Positions 59,561 to 64,000 of a stretch of DNA of 64,000 bases are shown here, piece after piece (the stretch's first letter is position 1; the number at the start of each line of letters is the position of its first letter). The stretch covers positions 1 to 64,000 of the forward strand of contig CAVWIP010000012.1 of the NCBI GenBank assembly GCA_963755125.1. Reading direction: 5' to 3'. Made by a program: the position numbers and the translations under genes. The DNA comes from an uncultured delta proteobacterium. Its GTDB lineage: Bacteria > Myxococcota_A > Polyangia > Fen-1088. The notes under the pieces are model-generated. The model was not told where the DNA came from. It did no database searches and saw only the letters and a list, made by a program, of their open reading frames with translations.

Positions 59561-60583
59561 TCACCTCGGATCGCCGCTGGCCGCGGTTTCACCGTCGAGA
59601 AACGCCGCCAGGGTCCGGCAGTTCTTGTCAGAGTCGCGCCCCATGACGAAAAGGTGGGGTCGGCTGCGGTTCACCAGCGCCCAGGCGTTGCGCAGCCGCG
59701 AAGCAATCGTCCCGCCCATGCCGAGCAGTTCCACAGTGCCGCGCTCGAGCATGAATTCCAGCCCCTGGTAGACCCCGAGACCGATGATCATGTGGTTGAC
59801 AAGGGCCCGCAAGGCAGCGGCGCGCGACAGAGGGCGGATCTCCGAAACCGTCCCGAGGCTGCGTTGCCCGGCGATGAGGTAATCGGCCGGGGTCGCTGCG
59901 CCGATGCGGTCGCGGAAGAAGTCGATGTCGATGACCGTCTTCGGATCGAACTCCATCCTTCGCAGCGTGCGGGTGTAGCGCTCGGGCACGCCGGTTTGCT
60001 CCCCGGGCCGGACGCCGATGCGCAAGGGAAAGGGGAGGATCGTGGCCTGCCGGTTAACCACAGGCGTGTCCTCGGCCAACAGACGAAAATTCGGGTTTTC
60101 CAGCAGTCCGAGGGCCATGGTGCTCTTGCCGCCGCCCGAGGGCAGCATCAGGATCACGCCGCGGCCGCGGTAACTGCCCGCAAGAGCGTGGATGCGGTGC
60201 AGGCCACGCTGGTCGAGGTGCTGTCCAACCACGGAGAGTGTTTGCAGATAGGCGATCTCATGCAGCAACACGGGATCGGTCCCGTACACGGTGCACTCCC
60301 ACCGGTCGCGGTCCAGCACAGCCAGGGCGCGGCCGAAGTAGTCGACAAAGGTCTGCGTGCCGTTGTGAAAACAGACGTTGCGGGGTGTTGTGAAGGCCGC
60401 GCGCACTGGTGGCAATCCGTCGAAAGGTGGCAGCGCAACCACCAGCTCGATCTGGTGGTTCGGCCGTCCACCCGACGGGTCGACGGCGAACCAGGAGAAA
60501 TCCCTGGCGACCTGTGCGAGAAGATCCTCATCGAGGCAACGCACGCGGACCTTGCAGCCGTGGATGTCGAAATTGGCAATCAT
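59561..60583 (-). CDS. HPr kinase-related P-loop protein
   Basis: IHALA..YRGRGVILMLPSGGGKST..LLAED, the HA / Walker A / di-acid pattern of the HprK-related family. Confidence 0.75.
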   Translation of the reverse strand: MIANFDIHGCKVRVRCLDEDLLAQVARDFSWFAVDPSGGRPNHQIELVVALPPFDGLPPVRAAFTTPRNVCFHNGTQTFVDYFGRALAVLDRDRWECTVYGTDPVLLHEIAYLQTLSVVGQHLDQRGLHRIHALAGSYRGRGVILMLPSGGGKSTMALGLLENPNFRLLAEDTPVVNRQATILPFPLRIGVRPGEQTGVPERYTRTLRRMEFDPKTVIDIDFFRDRIGAATPADYLIAGQRSLGTVSEIRPLSRAAALRALVNHMIIGLGVYQGLEFMLERGTVELLGMGGTIASRLRNAWALVNRSRPHLFVMGRDSDKNCRTLAAFLDGETAASGDPR

Positions 60584-60797
60584 GGAAGAAGCGAGTCCGG
60601 CGCTCTCAGGGAACGGAGCATAGCCTTACTTCTCCCTGAATAGCGCAGGTTTCGCGACGCTCGATCCGAATCCAACGTTGGTAGGCGCTGCACTCACAGC
60701 CCTCGGGCAAGTAGAGTTCGAAGGATCTGTTCCGGAGAATGCGACGCAGACGGGGTTGGCCGACATGGCACGTGCGACCACGAGAAACGCTTGCGGT

Positions 60798-61394
60798 TCA
60801 AACGAAGGCGGATCTGGACAACGCCCGCAGGATCTCGCTGGCGGTCTTCACCATGGCCACCAGCTCGTCCGCGCTGGGCGGCTTGGTTTCCCAAACCAGG
60901 CGAAGCTCGCCCTCCTCGAACGCGATCTCCAGCTTGGCCGCGCTCGCCTCGCCGGCCAAGACGCTGGCGAGTCTCTGGCCCGCCTCGGGAGTGCACGTGC
61001 CCACCATATTGCCGAACACCGCGAACGGAGTCTCCAGCATCGAGCTCATGTACTCGGCATAGTCTGCCGGGGTACGGTTGGGCGGGCAGGTACCCAGCGT
61101 GAAATCGGCAACCGACTGGCCCAGCCCACGGAAAGTCACGACCATTTCGGTCCAGCCACCCGGAGCCTTGCCGCGGGTCCTTCGCTCCATGAGCCCGGTT
61201 ACCCCATCCACCTTGAATTCCAGGCTGTCCCATGCGCCCGAGCGGTGCGGCCCGATCGAACCGCCGGTTCGAGATGCCACGGTGGCCAACAGTGCCTGCC
61301 ATTCCTGATCGATACGCCGGGCGGCCAGGTAGCACAGGAACACGATCAGCCCGATGGCACCGAACGCAATTACGAAGGTCTCCGTCTTTCCCAT
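60798..61394 (-). CDS. Hypothetical protein with N-terminal TM anchor
   Basis: Hydrophobic N-terminus and fills the gap between genes. No recognised family. Confidence 0.55.
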   Translation of the reverse strand: MGKTETFVIAFGAIGLIVFLCYLAARRIDQEWQALLATVASRTGGSIGPHRSGAWDSLEFKVDGVTGLMERRTRGKAPGGWTEMVVTFRGLGQSVADFTLGTCPPNRTPADYAEYMSSMLETPFAVFGNMVGTCTPEAGQRLASVLAGEASAAKLEIAFEEGELRLVWETKPPSADELVAMVKTASEILRALSRSAFV

Positions 61395-61466
61395 GGACGG
61401 GGCTTATACACTGCCCTCGTCGTTGGGACTATCGCCGCACGATCCGAAGGATCTACGATTCTTGAG

Positions 61467-62888
61467 CTAGGTGGACGAGACCGAGAAGCAGTTGTTTATG
61501 AACTCCTGCGGCGATCCTCCGTCCGAAGAGATCTCCCAGCCCCACTGCACCTGATCAAGGGTCCAAGTGTCGTCGAATATCCCGTATTGGGTGGTGTTGT
61601 TGGCGATGAGCCAGTCCAGCATGGCCTTGATATCCACAGTGCCCGACGTGACGTTGGTGTTGCTGACGAACGAAATCGTGGCATTGCTCCCGTTGCTGCC
61701 ATAGTGGACGGTCCAGGTATAGTCGCCGATTGTGGGCTTCGTCGTTGCTACAATGGACGAGATCGGCCCCGCCTTGTACGTGTACATCCAAATCATGATC
61801 TCGATGCGCGTGTTCCCGCCGCCGGGGGTCCTGACCCATATGTCGTAGGCGGCTTCCCAGACTCCAACATTGCCGGGCACGGTAATGTCGAAACTGCTGG
61901 TGTACGTGTTGATGGAACTGAGGAGCTTCCTGGGTGAATACCCGATGTTGGGATAGGACTTGACACCGCCGGTATTGGGCTGATTGCTGGCAAAACCCCA
62001 CAAGGTCGTGTTGGTGGCCCACACGCACTCGGGGCCGGGGTTCGATCCCCAGACGTTGTTGGCGACGCTGAAGCCGCTGGTGCTGTACCCTTGCCCCTCA
62101 TTGACGCAGCTACAGAAGGCCGAGGTGACGCCCCCAGGCACGGCCGCTGGGCAGGTGGTGGCGATGGCGCTGGTGTCGTAGGTCATAGGAGTCGCGCCGC
62201 ACGGGGATGATGTGGTCCCCGCAGTGCTGGTCGCCCCGCCCGTGGCCGCCCCGCCCGTGCTGGTCGCGCCGCCGCCGCCGCGACCCCCGGTTGCCGAATT
62301 GCCGCCGGTGATGGTTGCGCCGCCGCCGCGAGAGGCACCCCCGGTCGCCGAATTGCCACCGGTGATGGACGCGCCGCCGGTGGCTCCGGTTCCACTGGTG
62401 ACGGTGTTTCCGCCTGCCCTGGTGGTGCCACCCGTGCTGGTCACACCGCCGGCCGAGTTGAGACCGCCCGAGGCGCCTCCGCCTGTCGGCGTCACGCCGC
62501 CTGTGTTCGTGTTCCCTCCCACGGGCGAGGCGCCGCCAGCGGAAAGCCCGCCGCTGCTGGTCGTCGCGCCGCCGCCAGGCGTAGTTGCCGTTGTGACCCC
62601 ACCGGATGCACCGGTGCTGGCGGTCCCACCCGGGCTGCTGGATCCGCCCATAGCTGTTGCGCCCCCAGCACTCGTCGCACCGGCGACGGGCGTCTGTCCG
62701 CCCGTTGCACCGGTGTCGCCGCCTGCCACGCTGCTGGAGTTCCCCCCGCTGCCACCCGAAACCGCCGGTGCACTCGAAGAAGAGCACCCAGCCAGAAGTG
62801 CAACGACCAAGACCGAACCGAGCCAGCGCAGATCCAGCTCGCTCTGCAAACAACTTCGTAGCCGTCGTGAGGTCAGATATCGTTCCAT
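61467..62888 (-). CDS. Glycoside hydrolase family 12 lipoprotein with long Gly/Thr linker
   Basis: GAGGAG RBS, LAGC lipobox, NNVWG, VKSYPNI, AAYDIW, EIMIW, QWGWE. Confidence 0.92.
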   Translation of the reverse strand: MERYLTSRRLRSCLQSELDLRWLGSVLVVALLAGCSSSSAPAVSGGSGGNSSSVAGGDTGATGGQTPVAGATSAGGATAMGGSSSPGGTASTGASGGVTTATTPGGGATTSSGGLSAGGASPVGGNTNTGGVTPTGGGASGGLNSAGGVTSTGGTTRAGGNTVTSGTGATGGASITGGNSATGGASRGGGATITGGNSATGGRGGGGATSTGGAATGGATSTAGTTSSPCGATPMTYDTSAIATTCPAAVPGGVTSAFCSCVNEGQGYSTSGFSVANNVWGSNPGPECVWATNTTLWGFASNQPNTGGVKSYPNIGYSPRKLLSSINTYTSSFDITVPGNVGVWEAAYDIWVRTPGGGNTRIEIMIWMYTYKAGPISSIVATTKPTIGDYTWTVHYGSNGSNATISFVSNTNVTSGTVDIKAMLDWLIANNTTQYGIFDDTWTLDQVQWGWEISSDGGSPQEFINNCFSVSST

Positions 62889-63278
62889 GGTGACTCCTCT
62901 CAGGCCAAAGCCGGGATACAGGCTGCGCCTTCGCGCCACCTACATATATGTACAGGCAAAGCCTAAAGCTTCACTCTCACAGTAGCAGGATTGGCTTCCT
63001 CTGGCTCATTCCCCACAGCGTCCAGAAACGCATGGCGAAAGAGCGGTGCCCCTGCTCGTGCCGCACGCTGTCCTATCAAGAATGGGGTCGGGCTCGCCCG
63101 GCGACCCGTCATGTTCGCGACGATCCCACATAGTTGGTCGGCTGTCAGTGTGGGTCTCCGAAATCCGCTCGGTGGACCGATTGGACCCGCGAGCGTCGCC
63201 ATGCCCGGCATGGCCGCCAGGTGAACAGACTGAGGATCAGCCGCGCCGAGGATACAGTAGAGTGTCCCACGCGCTGAC

Positions 63279-64000
63279 ATGAAATCGGACACTACACCGC
63301 CGCTCTCTCCGCTGGGCTCGGCCCGCCCGCGCATCGAGTCCGCCGTTCCCTATCCGCCCGGCCTGATCTCGCAACTGCGCGACGCCGATCTGGGCGAGGA
63401 AGAGGCGTTCTTGGCCTGGCAGATGGGCCAGCTTGCCAGCGGGATTGACGAGGCCACGCGCCGCGATCTGGTCATCCTGGTTGCGCGATCGCTCATCAGC
63501 GGCAGTCAGGGCAGCACGCGCATGCGGCTGGCAGCGGCCGAGGCCGCGCTTGTGCGCAAGGTGCCCGCGCTGGTCGGGGTGCTGGGCGAGCGCAAGCCGC
63601 TCATCGTCGAGGGCGAGTTTCTCTATCACCAGCGGATCCTGGTTTGCGAGATGCGCCTGGCGGCGGCGATCAAGGCGCGGGCAGCCCAGCCTGGCGCAGA
63701 TGCGCAAGCCGTCACAGCAGCCGTTGCCGATGTCGCGGCCGAAAGCCGGCCGCCATTGAGCGACGAGCAACAAGCCGCGGTGACGGCTGCGCTAGGCCGC
63801 CGCCTGGCGGTGGTGAGCGGTGGCCCGGGCACGGGCAAGACCACCATCGCGCTCGCGCTTGCCCGCGGGCTCGTGCGCCTGGGCGTGCCCGCGTCCGAGC
63901 TGGCGCTGGCCGCGCCCACGGGCAAGGCGGCTAATCGCCTGCAGGAGTCCTTTCACGCCGGGCTGGCCGCACTGCCTGCACCGTCTGCGGCGGATCGAGC
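63279..64000 (+). CDS. recD: Exodeoxyribonuclease V alpha subunit, 3' truncated (absent from the ORF track because there is no stop codon)
   Basis: Manual translation gives LYHQR....E, LSDEQQAAV, VVSGGPGTGKTT, LAAPTGKAANRLQES. Confidence 0.9.
   Translation, partial: MKSDTTPPLSPLGSARPRIESAVPYPPGLISQLRDADLGEEEAFLAWQMGQLASGIDEATRRDLVILVARSLISGSQGSTRMRLAAAEAALVRKVPALVGVLGERKPLIVEGEFLYHQRILVCEMRLAAAIKARAAQPGADAQAVTAAVADVAAESRPPLSDEQQAAVTAALGRRLAVVSGGPGTGKTTIALALARGLVRLGVPASELALAAPTGKAANRLQESFHAGLAALPAPSAADR

Noticed and set aside
1..64000. CRISPR array, tRNA, rRNA, transposase, integrase or prophage genes
   Set aside because: None recognised by eye. The tandem repeats seen are in-frame coding linkers without unique spacers. 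A tRNAscan/Rfam run would be needed to exclude small RNAs.

Overview
High-GC, gene-dense chromosomal window. The gene content suggests Myxococcota, probably Polyangia-like (inference). From left to right it holds: the 3' part of a XylR-type sigma-54 activator; a GH16 lipoprotein and a TolB-like lipoprotein; a four-gene polyphosphate cluster (ppk1, ppx/gppA, CHAD, ppk2); DsbA-like, orphan PilC/GspF-like, acyl-CoA ligase and hydrolase genes; an SGNH esterase lipoprotein; a divergent module of ECF sigma, anti-sigma-like protein, putative small beta-barrel, jelly-roll lipoprotein and expansin-like lipoprotein; AmpG-like MFS, CHASE2 adenylate cyclase, RRM protein and RNase HII; a PAS hybrid kinase; a Cache protein plus MCP; a J-domain protein with four MshEN-like repeats; a ten-gene chemosensory operon ending in a HEAT-repeat gene; a third MCP, tadA, an amidase and pepF; a frameshifted GH5; a cluster of radical SAM, nucleotidyltransferase, split GT2 and HprK-like kinase genes; a GH12 lipoprotein; and the 5' part of recD. 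I saw no rRNA, tRNA, CRISPR array or transposase. The best candidates for undescribed biology are the ECF/beta-barrel/CAZyme signalling module, the radical SAM-NTase-split-GT2-kinase cluster and the J-domain/MshEN fusion. All calls come from reading motifs by eye and no searches were run.
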